Both the position numbers and the translations under genes were made by a program. 64,000 nt of DNA from Squalus acanthias (taxonomy: Eukaryota), in assembly GCA_030390025.1 (NCBI GenBank), contig CM059447.1, positions 9,548,001 to 9,612,000 on the forward strand, given 5' to 3'. The notes below the pieces were generated by a model that saw only the letters and a program-made list of their open reading frames with translations, was not told where the DNA came from and did not search any database. Shown here piece after piece: positions 25,820 through 37,319 of the stretch (position 1 is the first letter of the stretch; the number at the start of each line of letters is the position of its first letter).

Positions 25820-26295
25820 TTTTCTGCCATCATCTTCTCCTGAAGAGGCTAAATTTTGCTTGGGCACAGTTCCATGGGTGTTGAGAACCCTACATTACCT
25901 GATCCATGTGCTCTTTCTTCACGTGTGAACATACATAGTGTCAGGTGGCTATTGGCAATGGTGGGGGGGGGGGGGGGGGGGAAACATGGCAGCTGAGTCA
26001 ATACTGTCCCAGCTCAACATCTGTACACAGAGCTGTCCCGGCTCAACATCTGCACACATAGCTGTCCCGGCTAAACATCTGCACACATAGCTGTCCCGGC
26101 TCAACATCTGCACACATAGCTGTCCCGGCTCAACCTGCCCCGGCTCAACATCTGCACACGCACCTGCCCCAGCTCAACATCTGCACACGCACCTGTCACG
26201 ACTCAACATCTGCACTCGCGCCTGTCCCAGCTCAACATCTGCACATGTACATGGGATAGAAATGAGCAGCAAGAACCCTGGCTGATTTTTCCTAT
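25820..26295 (-). mobile_element. Old tRNA-derived SINE (family B) containing a minisatellite expansion
   Basis: ttctcctgaag...cagttccatggg...gaaccctggctgattttt. Reverse of the copies at 26480 and 63755. Confidence 0.6.
26003..26247 (+). repeat. 29-bp minisatellite, ~8 copies
   Basis: Unit gctcaacatctgcacacatagctgtcccg with variants, including one partial unit. Confidence 0.95.
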
Positions 26296-26477
26296 CGGGT
26301 GTAAACAGTATCTTGACCCTTTAAGCCAATGGAAGAGCCAACTTTATGAAATTTCTTTGAACTAAAATAACAGTATTCAAATCATATTGCATGTCACTTG
26401 TCAGGTTCAACACTACTCAAAAAAATGGTCTCATTAGATTAAATGAATTAACTATTTAAGATTAAGAGAGGAATAAC

Positions 26478-27060
26478 TCCCCTAGTGGCTCGGTGGATAG
26501 ATGTACACATGATGTGGTACTGAGTCACACACATCAGGAAGATCTAAGGTCACTACTGAGTTAGCCAATGTGAGCTGAAACAGGAGTGGGGGTGCAATAT
26601 ATAGCCTCACTGTCCCCCAAGTAGGATGGAGAAAATCAGCCAGGGTTTCCACTCCTGTTCATTTCCCAATGACCCCTGCTGCAAAATGTCTATGCTTGTT
26701 CTGTTATATTATGATCTAGAATGCACTGCCTGAAAGGGTGGTGGAAGCAGATTCAATAGTAACTTTCAAAAGGAATTGGATAAATACTTAAAAAGGAAAA
26801 AATTGCAGGGCTATGGGGAAAGAGCAGGGGAGTGGAACTAATTGGATAGCTCTTTCAGAGCTAGCACAGACACAATGGGTCGAATGGCCTTTGTCAGGTG
26901 AACACAGGATGAGGCAGAGCTGTGATTACCTCCTCTGGCCCACCTCCAACAATCACTCACTCGGCTCACACTCGAAGAATCGCTGCTTGTGTAAAATACC
27001 AGAGGGCTGCCAGTGTCTGTGGAATTGCATTTCAGTATGTCAGCACCTTCAGAAACGATG
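26478..27060 (+). mobile_element. SINE family B split by a CR1 3' fragment (~26715-26893)
   Basis: gtggctcggtgg head...aaaatcagccagggtttccactcctg, then CR1 gaatgcactgcctgaaagggtggtggaagcag...gggtcgaatggcct, then the SINE resumes at ggtgaacacaggat...cagcaccttcag. Confidence 0.7.
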
Positions 27061-27548
27061 TTGGAGGATGCCAGAAGAAAAGATTATTGGTGGAAAAGAA
27101 CAATACAGGACACCATTTGATTTCTGATTCTACCCTGTGAATTCAATCCGTAAGAAAATCAGTGACCCACTTTACTGTGGCAAGATAGATCTGACAGTTT
27201 CTCGATTTGATCAGTGTAAGATATGAATGATTAAATCCAAGCTTTTACAATAATTAATACAGATGACCTTTTTGTCCCTTCTGGTGTATCACAACCTTCA
27301 CTCAGTAACTATATTAAAGCATGCAGAGTTGTTTATTACTTTAAAATTCACGGGCTGGCCACCATCATGTGATTTCCAATCTAATTATATATACAGCCCC
27401 AGTAAGTTACTTGGGGCAGAAATTTTGAAGAGATTGGCTGCAATTAAGTTTCAATACTGGAATCCAATTAGAAGAGCTCTTCATCGATGAAACTACTGTA
27501 TAACACTGAAGAAGTAAATATAAATAACTACAAAAAACCTATCCTTCC

Positions 27549-27962
27549 ATGGCTCAGTTGGTAACACTCCCATCTCTAAGTCCGAAAGTTGTGGATTCAA
27601 GTCCCACTCCAGAGACTTGAACACAAAAATCTAGGCTGGCACTCCAGTGCAGTACTGAGGGAGCGCTGCACTGTCGGAGGTGGATGTAAAAGATCCCATG
27701 GCACTATTTCGAAGAAGAGCAGGGGAATTCTCCCCGGTGACCTGGCCAATATTTATCCTTCAATCAACATCACTAAAACAGATTATCTGGTCATTATCAC
27801 ATTGCTGTTTTTGGAAGCTTGCTGTGCGCAAACTGGCTGCCACGTTTCCTACATTACAACAGTGACTACACTTCAGAAGTACTTCAATGGCTGTAAAGCG
27901 CTTTTGGACGTCCTGAGGTCGTGAAAGGTGCGATAGAAATGTATAGAAATGCAAGTCTTTCT
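27549..27962 (+). mobile_element. Near full-length DeuSINE (SacSINE1-like)
   Basis: Pol III A-box TGGCTCAGTTGG, B-box GGATTCAAGTCCC, central domain, and an L2-like tail gctgtaaagcgcttttggacgtcctgagg...aaatgcaagtcttt. Confidence 0.85.
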
Positions 27963-28009
27963 TTACTTTTCCGCCACGGCCAGGTATAGAATCTCAGGCA
28001 TACACAAAA

Positions 28010-28497
28010 AGAACTTGCATTTTTTACAATGCCTTTCAAGTCTTCAGGATGGCCCAAATTGCTTCACAACCAATGAATTACTTTTGAAGCGTAATCATTG
28101 TTAGGTAGACAAACATGACAGCCAATTAGCACACAGCAAACACGAATGAGATAAATGACCAGTTACCTTGTTTTGATGGTATTGTTGAGGGATGAATAAT
28201 GGTCAGGATACTGGCAGAAAATCAATGTTCCCTCTAATTTTTTTGGGCCGCGCGGCCCCTTTAACAACCCATTCAAAAATCCGTGCATGCGCGGATTTTG
28301 CATTTAAAAGCCAGAGAGCCAGCGACACAGGAGCTCCAAAGCGTTGCGCGGCTTAAAGGGAACATTCCAAAAATACCCTGCTCTTTTTTGAATATTATGT
28401 TTACTGAACAGGCAGATGGGGCTTTGGTGTATCTCATCTGTAAAATGGCAACTCTGACAATGCAGCACTCCCTCAGTGCTGCACTGAAGTATCAGTA
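28010..28497 (-). mobile_element. DeuSINE interrupted by a hAT-like MITE (28223-28368)
   Basis: SINE tail at 28012, MITE CAATGTTCCCTCTAA...TTAAAGGGAACATT, then the SINE resumes at ccctgctctttt...gcagcactccctcagtgctgcactg. Confidence 0.75.
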
Positions 28498-28499
28498 TA

Positions 28500-29045
28500 G
28501 AAGGTACAGTAATGTAAGGTTAATCGGTTGGTAATACAGAGGCCTGAACGAATAATCCAGAACACATGAATTCAAATTCCACCATGGGAGTTTGCAAATT
28601 TGAAATCTTTTTTTAAAATCTGGAAATAAATAGCTGATATCAGCAAAGGTGGCCATGAAACGTTTGCAATGGCCCCATGGCTGCCATAACTGACCCTTTT
28701 ACTTTGGATGAGATGGTAAACCAAGAGGTCTTTGGAATGAGACATTAAACCTAGGCCTAATCTGTTTGTTACTGTGGTTGAAAAGAATATCAAAGATCCC
28801 ATGATACTATCCAAAGAAGAGCTGGGAGTTCTCTGTGTCATTGCCAATATTTTTCCCTCAGCCACCACCATCAAAAGCAGATTAATTGGCTCTATTTCTC
28901 AGTGTTGGTATGGACATCACCGTGCACAAAGTGACTGCTGTGTTCACCGATATAACAGTAACTACATTTAAAAAGCAATTAATTGTGTTTGAAGTGCTTT
29001 GGAACTGCCCAAGAGAAGTGATAAGGAGCTGATTAAATATAAGCT
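28500..29045 (+). mobile_element. Cluster of diverged SINE fragments (family C head plus DeuSINE body)
   Basis: taatccagaacacatgaattcaaattccacc head, then caaagatcccatgatactat...gaagtgctttgg DeuSINE body and tail. Confidence 0.6.
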
Positions 29046-29129
29046 TGTTTGTTCATACTTTGAGAAATGCAGCAAGGCGGTGACACTGGGCAATTGTGTC
29101 ATGCTGCTGCTGCTGTTGTTGTTCAGTAC

Positions 29130-29400
29130 CTGCTGTACAAGAAATCAGCTACCTATTTGATACATGTGCGGGCAGCACATTGGCTGATCATCCCTCTGCT
29201 AGCTTGGAAGGAGGTGGAGGAAAAAAGTTTAGGTAGGAAGTGACCTTAAATGCCACTACCACATCCCTATAGTTGTGCTGTAAGTGTCCTTGTAGCAATG
29301 GCACAGATCTGCAACTTGCTCCATGTTGCCGCAGAGCATGTAGAACCAGCTCCCCATGGTCATTGCCCGGTAGGTGTGCCAAGGCCTGCAGATATGGTTG
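29130..29400 (-). mobile_element. Harbinger transposase (HARBI1-like) N-terminal remnant
   Basis: Minus strand ...LLQGHLQHNYRDVVVAFKVTSYLNFF / SSTSFQASRGMISQCAARTCIK*VADFLY matches the Harbinger motif V.VKVT.ALNFFASGSFQ...GISQ....CI..V..AL. Confidence 0.7.
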
Positions 29401-30940
29401 GGAGCATAATGGTAGGTGCGGCCAGTCCAGCTCTAGTGCCTGTTAATCTCCTTGGTGCGCCTTCTTTCAACTTGTACCACTTCAACTATGAAATACTGTA
29501 TTTGTGGTGCTTTAAAAGCAATCCCCATCATTAATTTTAATTTGACTTGCTGACCACCAGGGGTCACTTCACTTGGATGCTTTGTTGCTCCTTAAGGTTC
29601 TGTGAAAGTTTCTATTCGAAGAGCTCCGTTCTCATGTCCTCTTTTTTCAGCTCCTCCTGTCCTGACAAAGTTCAGCTGTTTTAAATGCCAGATAAGCATT
29701 ACATGCTGTTACGAGTAAGAAAGAAAACGCTCCCTCCAAAAAAAATGTTTCAATTAAAAATACCAACGTAAAAAACAGAAGCCAGCACTAAAAGCTACTA
29801 TTAAACTTGAAAATAGGAAATAGGCTAAAAAGCCTTGTATCCTATTAACAGTTCCATAATCTTAAATCCACTCCAGATGGGTGAAGGGCTCGTCTAGGGC
29901 AATCCAATCCTAAGCCGTTTAGATGAAGCCATGGCTCTTTTTCACAGAGAAAACTTTAGGTGGGTTGCTGGAAAATTGTTCAGATGCAGCTACATGGATC
30001 AGTGACAGATTTTATGGTTCCCCAGTACCTCTTGCTCCCCTGCAGTACAGTGATTGGAAATATACCCTTACATCACATTCTAGGGAAACAAAATGGTTTA
30101 TAATATTCAAAGTGTGGCTCAAAATGCAACTTTAATTTTGTGTATGCAATGAACCGTGAATGGGAATTGTTGAATACGTGGAACAAGTTGTTCTCAAACA
30201 GAATTTAATCCCTTTAGTTTCTGAGGTGAGTGCTGTTCTATTTTAGTGAGTTAACACAACCATTTCAGCAGATGCTCTAGAGGTTTCCGACAGTAGGTAG
30301 AGCCATATCATTTACAACCACTTTCCAATATTGGCTCTGTATATCACTTTAACAAGTGATGTCTAAAAAGCTGTACCGTGTTCCTGCACTGGATACAATG
30401 ATAGTCTATAATAGTAAAAAAAAATCTGAATAAATCACCTCTGACAAAATCAACCACTGAAAAAAACATGAAGCACTCTAACAATTCACATATATCATGG
30501 ACTATCTTATCTGTGCAATCTTTTTCTCCTCACATCTCTTCTGTCAGTACCTGATGCTCTTGCAATCTCAGTATTATCACCCATTACTCATAAACCTGGC
30601 TGAAAATTTCAGCAGGGATAGGAATTTAAACCAAGGTTACTTAATGTATGTGTCATTTGGCAGCTTATCGAAGTTGGCTGTTGAAATATGTGGCAAAAAC
30701 AAACAGTAACACTGCTCCAATAATCATCTCTAAGGATCGTGATACTGCTTGAAAATCTTAATTTCTAGGTAACAGCAGCCATTTTAAGCCCCTGCATTAA
30801 AGCAAATGAATTGATGTTAAGACATGGAATTAAACAACAAGCTTACTGAATATAAAGGTCTGAACATTAGTAATGAATTATGAATAGCTTTAGATCATTT
30901 TTTATGAATTAATTTAATCTACTAACTAAAAGCATGATAG

Positions 30941-31134
30941 AAACAGAAAGTGCTGGAGATCCTCAGCAGGTCAGGCAGCATCTGTGAAGAGAGAAACAGA
31001 GTTAAAGTTCCAGGTCGATGACCTTTCATTCTGACTCTGTTTCTCTCTCCACAGGTGCTGCCTGACCTGGTGAGTATTTCCAGCATTTTCTGTTTTTATT
31101 TCAGATTTCCAGCATCCGCAGTATTTTGCTTTTG
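30941..31134 (+). mobile_element. Penelope-derived palindromic mini-element (hammerhead core degraded)
   Basis: Inverted arms aaacagaaagtgctgga...acagagt / actctgtt...tccagcattttctgttt plus tail. 14-bp duplication taaaagcatgatag (30927-30940 / 31135-31148). Confidence 0.8.
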
Positions 31135-31643
31135 TAAAAGCATGATAGTCCTGAAACATAGAGGCTTCACTTGTTCTACATATCAAAACTAAGAAGGACA
31201 CTCAGAAGATTCATTTTAGGCTACATTGTTTTCTCTCAGCCACAATTACCAGCTTCAGATCTGAATCAGAGCAGTTGTATGCAGGACCAGACTCACCAAT
31301 CAGTGACGGTAAACTGAGTGGAAACTTCCCTGATGACACTGCTGAATAGCTTCACCAACATATTTTATTTCAATTTCACATACATATATACACATCATCT
31401 CTTTTTTTTTAAATTTAAACTATATTGGAGAAAACAGTTAACTGGATAGGACAATAGATAGGGAGGCTGCAGTGACCTGGATCAGTTGTTATGTTGAAGA
31501 GGTTTCAACTCATGAAACCACTGCTACTTTATTCTGGTGTGTGCAAGTATGTGTGTATAGGAACTGCAACTGCAGACGTGTACCTATCCCTCAATCAGCT
31601 ACATTCTGCAGTGTAGGAACCAATGGCAACATAGACTCACAGT

Positions 31644-31814
31644 AACAACAGAAAACGCTGGAAAAACTCAGCAGGCGAGGCAGCATCCGTGGAGAGAGAA
31701 ACAGAGTTAACGTTTCAGGTCGAGACCTTTCGTCAGAACTGGAAACAGCAGGAAATCAAATTTCCAGCGTTTTCTGTTGTTATTTCGGATTTCCAGCATC
31801 TGCAGTATTTTGCT
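31644..31814 (+). mobile_element. Penelope-derived palindromic mini-element
   Basis: Same family as 30941. 13-bp duplication atagac(t/c)cacagt (31631-31643 / 31815-31827). Confidence 0.8.
31705..31740 (-). ncRNA. Minimal type-I hammerhead ribozyme motif
   Basis: Minus strand AGUU-CUGACGA-A-AGGU(CUCG)ACCU-GAA-ACGU-U-AACU: intact core, palindromic ACGU helix III, GUU triplet. Confidence 0.7.
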
Positions 31815-31849
31815 ATAGACCCACAGTGATTGGAATAATGGAGCAACAT

Positions 31850-33150
31850 TGAATTACATAGAATCTACAGCACAGAAACAAGCCATTCATCCTAATTGGT
31901 CTTTGGCAGTGTCTATAATCCACACAGGCCTCTTCCCACCCTGCCCCCATATCCCTCTAATCCCTGCTCCCTCATGTATGCATCAAGCCTCCCCTTAAAA
32001 TGTGTCAATGCTCTCTGCTTCAACCAATCCATGTGGCAGCGAGTTCCACATTCTCACCACTCTCTGTGTAAAGAAACTCCATCTTAAATTCTTTATTTGA
32101 TCTGTTAGGGCTATTGTTTATTTATGCCCCCTTGTTCTGGAATCACTCACAAGTGGAAACAGTTTCTTAACATCCATCCCATCAAACCCCTTCATCATTT
32201 TGAAGATATCTATTAGGTCTCCTCTTCGTCTTCTCTTTTCCAGAGCGTATTTCCAGAGAATCTTTCCAGAGAATAACGCCCGAGCCTGCTCAATCTTTCC
32301 TGATAGTTGCATCCCCTTAATTCTGGTAACATCTTTTAAAATCTTTTCTATACTTTCTCCAGAGCTTCGATATCCTTTTTGTATTATGGAGACCAGAACT
32401 GCACAGTTTTCCAAGTGTAGTCTAACCATGGTTCTATATTAGTTTAACATGACCTCCCGGCTTTGTATTCTATTCCTCTAGAAATGAGCGCCAGCACTTT
32501 ACACTCTTTATGGCCTTATCAATTGCAAAGCTGCTTTTAGCGATTTATGGATCAGTATTCCCAGATCTCTTTGCTCCTCTACCCCATTTAGATTCTTACC
32601 TTCTAAGGAATAAGTGGCCTCCTTATGAATCAACTCACACTTTACCATATTGAATTTCATTTGCCATTTATCCAGCCACTCTGCAAGCCTTTCATCTCTT
32701 CCTTTATTTTGGTGCTTCCACATTATTAGTTATGCTCTACATCACATCACTGTTGTAATCTAATTTCCTACATTACATTACATTACATCACTGTTGTAAT
32801 CTAATTTCCTACATTACAACAGCAACTACACTTTAAAAAAAGTACTTCATTGGCTGTAAAGCGCTTTGGGGCGTCCTGAGGTCATAAAAGGTGCTATATA
32901 AATGCAAGTCTTTCTTTTCTTTTACCCCCCAATTTGATATCATCTACAAATTTTGACACTATACCTCCAATTCCTGAGACCAAATCATTTATGTATATGG
33001 TGAACCAAAGTGGTCCCAGCACAGATCCCTATGGGACACCACTTTCCATCAGTCTGAGAAACTTCCCTTAACTTCTACTCTCTGTTTTCTGTTTTTTAAT
33101 AGATCTTTCAATCCAGTCTGCCACCTGGCCTCTGACTCCACGTGCCCTGA
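31850..33150 (-). mobile_element. CR1 LINE fragment interrupted by a DeuSINE tail (~32760-32920)
   Basis: ORFs 32508-32723 (RLAEWLDKWQMKFN..KC, EEQRDLGI) and 32118-32429 (LEKRRRRGDLIDIFKMMKGFD...RTRGH). The upstream part shows SGVP.GSVLGP (gtggtgtcccatagggatctgtgctgggacc on minus). Confidence 0.9.
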
Positions 33151-33474
33151 TCCAATTTTCCACCATCACCCACTTGAGTTACACCCGAAAACCAACATAA
33201 CTCGAGAGTAAAATCATCCCTACCGTGTCAGGTGCCGAGTCAAACTCCTTATATGTTCCCTCAACCACCAAAGCACATCCCCTTTTGAACCAGTGTAAAC
33301 TGTTCACTTCTCACACCACCAATCCTTTTATCTTGAGTGAGTATGTCAATTTAGTGTCATTTTAGTGAATCAGCAACACTAGCATGACACAAAGCACAAT
33401 ATAAAAGAAGCTCCAGTTATTTTATCTGGCATGTGGATAAAGGAGTAATATTTAGCAGCTTAAAAGCCTGGAAC

Positions 33475-33635
33475 CAACATTCCCGCTAAACTGTGCAGCC
33501 ATGCAGTGGCCTGGAGATCCCGCACAGGCCGCTCACTGACTTTTCAATACAAGAAACCGCGCCTATACGAAAATTTGAATGGGCCGCACAGACCGTTAAA
33601 GGGACCGCGCCCCAAAAATAAGACAGGGAACATTG
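33475..33635. mobile_element. Short hAT-like MITE
   Basis: TIRs CAACATTCCC...GGGAACATTG with an 8-bp target duplication cctggaac/cctggagc. Confidence 0.75.
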
Positions 33636-33664
33636 CCTGGAGCTGGCTTTTTTTTAAAATCAGC

Positions 33665-33975
33665 TCTCGAGATATGGGTAATGCTGGCAAGGCCACATTT
33701 ATTGCCTTTCCCTAGTTGCCGAGAAAGTGGTGATGGACATTCTTCTTGAACTGCGGTGACAGAGTGGCTTACTAGGCCACTTAGGAGGGCATTAAGAGTC
33801 AATCAGGTGTTGTGGATGAGAGTCACGATTTGGTCAGACAATGTAGGGGTGGATAGGTTCCTTTCTCCAATAGACACTAGTGAACCAGTTGGGTTTTTAT
33901 GACAATCTGGTAGCTTTTGTAGTTATTTGTTCTGGTACTAGCCCACAAATTTCCTGATTTTTAAAAAAAAATTTA
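33665..33975 (-). mobile_element. tRNA-derived SINE family C fragment
   Basis: Homologous to 35945-36348 (gctggcaaggccacatttattgcc...ggttcctttctcc). Confidence 0.7.
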
Positions 33976-35944
33976 GTTTGGACACTGGTCTCCTGAAATC
34001 TGAATTAAAACAAGACCAATTCAAATAAAACAGCGATAGCCTCACCAGGAACCCAAGCAGTGATCATACATTCCAACTTAGAACACTAGCAAAAGCTTCA
34101 ACAATAAAAAAGCCCCCAAACAGTTGAAAACTCAAGAATGTCCCTGATTATAAGCCTATGGCATGTGAAAACAAGTAACAACATGGGCTTTGTAACTTAA
34201 GCTGTAAGCATAACTAACATTCCTTCACTTGAAAAACATGTCACCCTGAAGGGGGAAATCCTAATGTCGGATACAAAGTTGCTGGTGCCTTTTTTGGGGG
34301 GTGGGGGGTCTGAGGGCACGAAGGATTTTGAATTTTTACATTACAAGTAATCCTCCAACCTGTTCAAGCTGGTACTCTCCAACCAACCGTCAACATTCGA
34401 GTTGGCACCATTCTTCCTCCTCCATTCAAGTTTTCTATCCCCCCAATTCAAGTGAAACTCTTTCTCCCTCCAACGCCCCCCTCCTAATGCATGCTACAGC
34501 TCTTCCCCTCAGTAAATGCTGGCACTCTCCTTTCTCCTTCCCCAAAAAGGATCGCTCCCAGCTTTTCCACTTATACCCCCCACAAAGCATCAATCCAAAC
34601 TTCTGACTCACTCTTTCATTGCCATGCATTTCGTTCTTGTCTTCATTGTTATCTATTTCATTCATGCCTCTTCCCATCATCTCTCCACTTCCCTTTCTCC
34701 GCGTCCATTCTCGTTCTCCCTCTCCATTTCGGTGACATCCATTCTCCTTCTTCATCTCCCCTCAGTGTCGCTCCTACCCGAATACTTCCACTCGTGGAAG
34801 GGGTTCCTGTAACCGCATGTTATTGGCAAGAACTTTTGTTCTCTCAAAAAGTTTCCACTTACAGTATTATTCAAGGATCATTAGACTAAGCACTTGAGTA
34901 GGGACAGTGCTTAGCGGAGAAGGGCCTGGTCAGTGGTGAGGGGAAAGGGGCTCAGTTGATACTGAGGGGAAGCTGAGTCAATTTTTGTCAGAACATACTG
35001 ACTGGGCTCTCAAATCATTAACTGTCAGAGAGAAACATTGAAAGTTGCCATGTATGACTGATTTTTAGCTCTACCAAAGAGCCAGCACAGACACGATGGG
35101 CCGAATGGTCTCCTTTTGTGCTGTATCATTCTATGATTTAGTAAGTATATAAAAAACCTTCCATTGAAACTAGTAGAAAACAAACCAGTACTGGACCAGG
35201 TGCTCTCCAGGCTGAGCACACAGACAATAAACAAGCAATGGCTATGGCTAAAGATCAAACTGCATATGGGAATCATTTAAACCCTGACTGTGAGTTATCC
35301 ACTCAGCAGCACAACTTTGTCCACTCCCAATAGTTAAACAATATCACCCAAAGCAATTGGGATCAGTGCAGTATCTTTTTGAATCAATTTTTCTGTTTTC
35401 TACACATAAAGGCTCTAAAACCATTAAGATTCATAAAAATGATTTGTTTGATTCAGAGTATTTTAGATTTTAGAAACAGCATCACAACTAAATGCGTCAA
35501 TGAACCAACCATCTGAAAACAGTACATTTTTAGGATATAAACTGTATAATTGCGCTTTTACTCACTATTTTTGGATGAGGTCTTTTGTGGTTCACAAAAT
35601 ATACCCTGGCACAGCCCAACACCACCAACAATTAACAAAAAAACTTCCAAAATGTCAAACCGTTACGCCAAAGTTGCATTTCACAATGATGCAAGCTCTT
35701 AATACAGTAACTGACAAATTAGAAAACAAAAGAAAGTTCTGCGTCAAGAAAGTAATCAGATGTGAGTTTATATCTTTAGCATCCTGATATCAATGGAAGT
35801 GGTGAACACAAGGCAGGCGTGATCCCACAGTAAGGACTGTGTCTCCTCGGCTCAATATTACAAACCCACCGGTGGCCGGGTCAAGTGCAGATTCACAGAG
35901 GTGCACGAGTAAGTTGGTGCATAGCATGGGATGTAAAAATTCAG

Positions 35945-36348
35945 TCTCAGGATGTGGGCGTTGCTAGCACGGCCAGCATTTATTGCTCATCCCTAGTTGC
36001 CTGAGAAGGTGGTGGTGGGCCGCCTTCTTCTTAGCATTTTGACACAACTGAGTGGCTAACTAGATCAATTCAGAGGAAAGTTAAGTCAACCATGTTGGTG
36101 TAAGACTAGAGTCACATATAGGCCAGACTGGGCAAAGACAGCAGGTTTCCTTCCCTAAAGAACATTAGTGACTGAAATCCAACATTATCAATTTTACTAG
36201 TACTAGCTTTTTATTTCCAGATTTTTTTTAAGCTGAATTTAAATTCTCAAACCAACATGGTGGAATTTGAACTCAACGTTCTCTGGATTATCAGTCAATG
36301 CCTCTGGATTACCAGCATAGTAACATAACCACTACACTACCATTCCCG
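35945..36348 (-). mobile_element. tRNA-derived SINE family C, near full length
   Basis: Minus strand starts gggaatggtagtgtagtggttatg (A-box), then gagttcaaattccacc (B-box), with a CR1-like tail gggatgagcaataaatgctggcc. Confidence 0.75.
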
Positions 36349-37117
36349 ATTAAGAGTACTCAGGAATGTTCCTAAACCTCTTATGTTCATGAGGCCTCAT
36401 GCCATTCCGGGTCAAGACCTTTCAAACCTCTACCAATGACTCAGTGAAACAGGCTACGAGAAGAAACAGGAGAGGGGCCATGAATTATATTCTCTCCCAA
36501 CCATGTTGGAGAAAACACCTGCGGGCTTGAAATTCTTGGTGGCCCGCTCTGCCAACGGAAATGTTGTGGAGCATTCGGAACCTCCATCTGACCTAGCTCA
36601 AAGACACGGACCCCAACCCAAATGCTGGGAATGGTCATTTGCCTGACCAAGGTGGGCGCATCAAGTCTGCAAGTGTACTTCAGGCGCTTATGAGATCAAG
36701 AACTGGTTAAACATATTGGCTGAGCGGTGATAAATATTTACTGAAAGTGTAATCTGAAGCAGTTGAGTGAATTCAATGCATTTCTGTGCAAGCTAAAGAA
36801 TATGCTTTAAACCAGCAAGTTGTTCAATTTCAGATAGGTTATTGCAATAAACATTTAATTATATTTTCCATTGACAGATTACCTTATCAAAGTAATGAGT
36901 CAGCCTAGCTCAATATTAGTACGTCATTCAAGGTTTCACATTTCTACAGAAGAATTTCACCAAAGTACTGACAATTCTGACTTGAATCTGAAGCCTATTC
37001 CAAGGTGATTACTGAGGAGAGCAGTCTGGTGATGTGGAGATGGGGTGCTCATACCAGTGTCAATACATTTGAGCCCAGACATGAGATGGCATTCGAATGT
37101 ACAGATCAAAGTTATAA

Positions 37118-37214
37118 TACAAAGTTCTGACGAAAGGTCATTGACCTGAAACGTCAACTCTGTTTCTCTCCCCACAGGTGCTGCTGAGCAGTTCCAGCAT
37201 TTTCTGTTTTTATT
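37118..37214 (+). mobile_element. Penelope-derived mini-insertion carrying a hammerhead
   Basis: Same family as 30941/31644. Flanking tcaaagtt(a/g)taa duplication (37106-37117 / 37215-37226). Confidence 0.75.
37123..37159 (+). ncRNA. Minimal type-I hammerhead ribozyme motif with canonical GUC site
   Basis: AGUU-CUGACGA-A-AGGUC(AUU)GACCU-GAA-ACGU-C-AACU. Predicted cleavage after C37155. Confidence 0.75.
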
Positions 37215-37319
37215 TCAAAGTTGTAAAATGTTGTTATTGTTCAGCTAATAGTTGCTTTCTGTGAGGTTTAAACTTAACTAGTGGCAATTTTTTTTTCTTG
37301 ACAGAGGATAAGGAAGTAT

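Noticed and set aside
26003-26247. CRISPR-like array
   Set aside because: Head-to-tail tandem units without unique spacers, in a vertebrate genome with no cas genes; it is a minisatellite.
27549-27612. tRNA gene
   Set aside because: The A and B boxes belong to a SINE head that continues into the DeuSINE body; no complete cloverleaf.
30998-31035. Hammerhead motif in the 30941 element
   Set aside because: The core is broken (CUGANGA absent, GAAA changed to GGAA).
32745-32820. Local ~40-bp tandem duplication
   Set aside because: A slippage product at the junction of a SINE tail inserted into CR1; no sign of function.
34300-34890. Overlapping ~100-130-aa ORFs
   Set aside because: Pyrimidine-rich low-complexity or repeat-derived sequence that is simply poor in stop codons.
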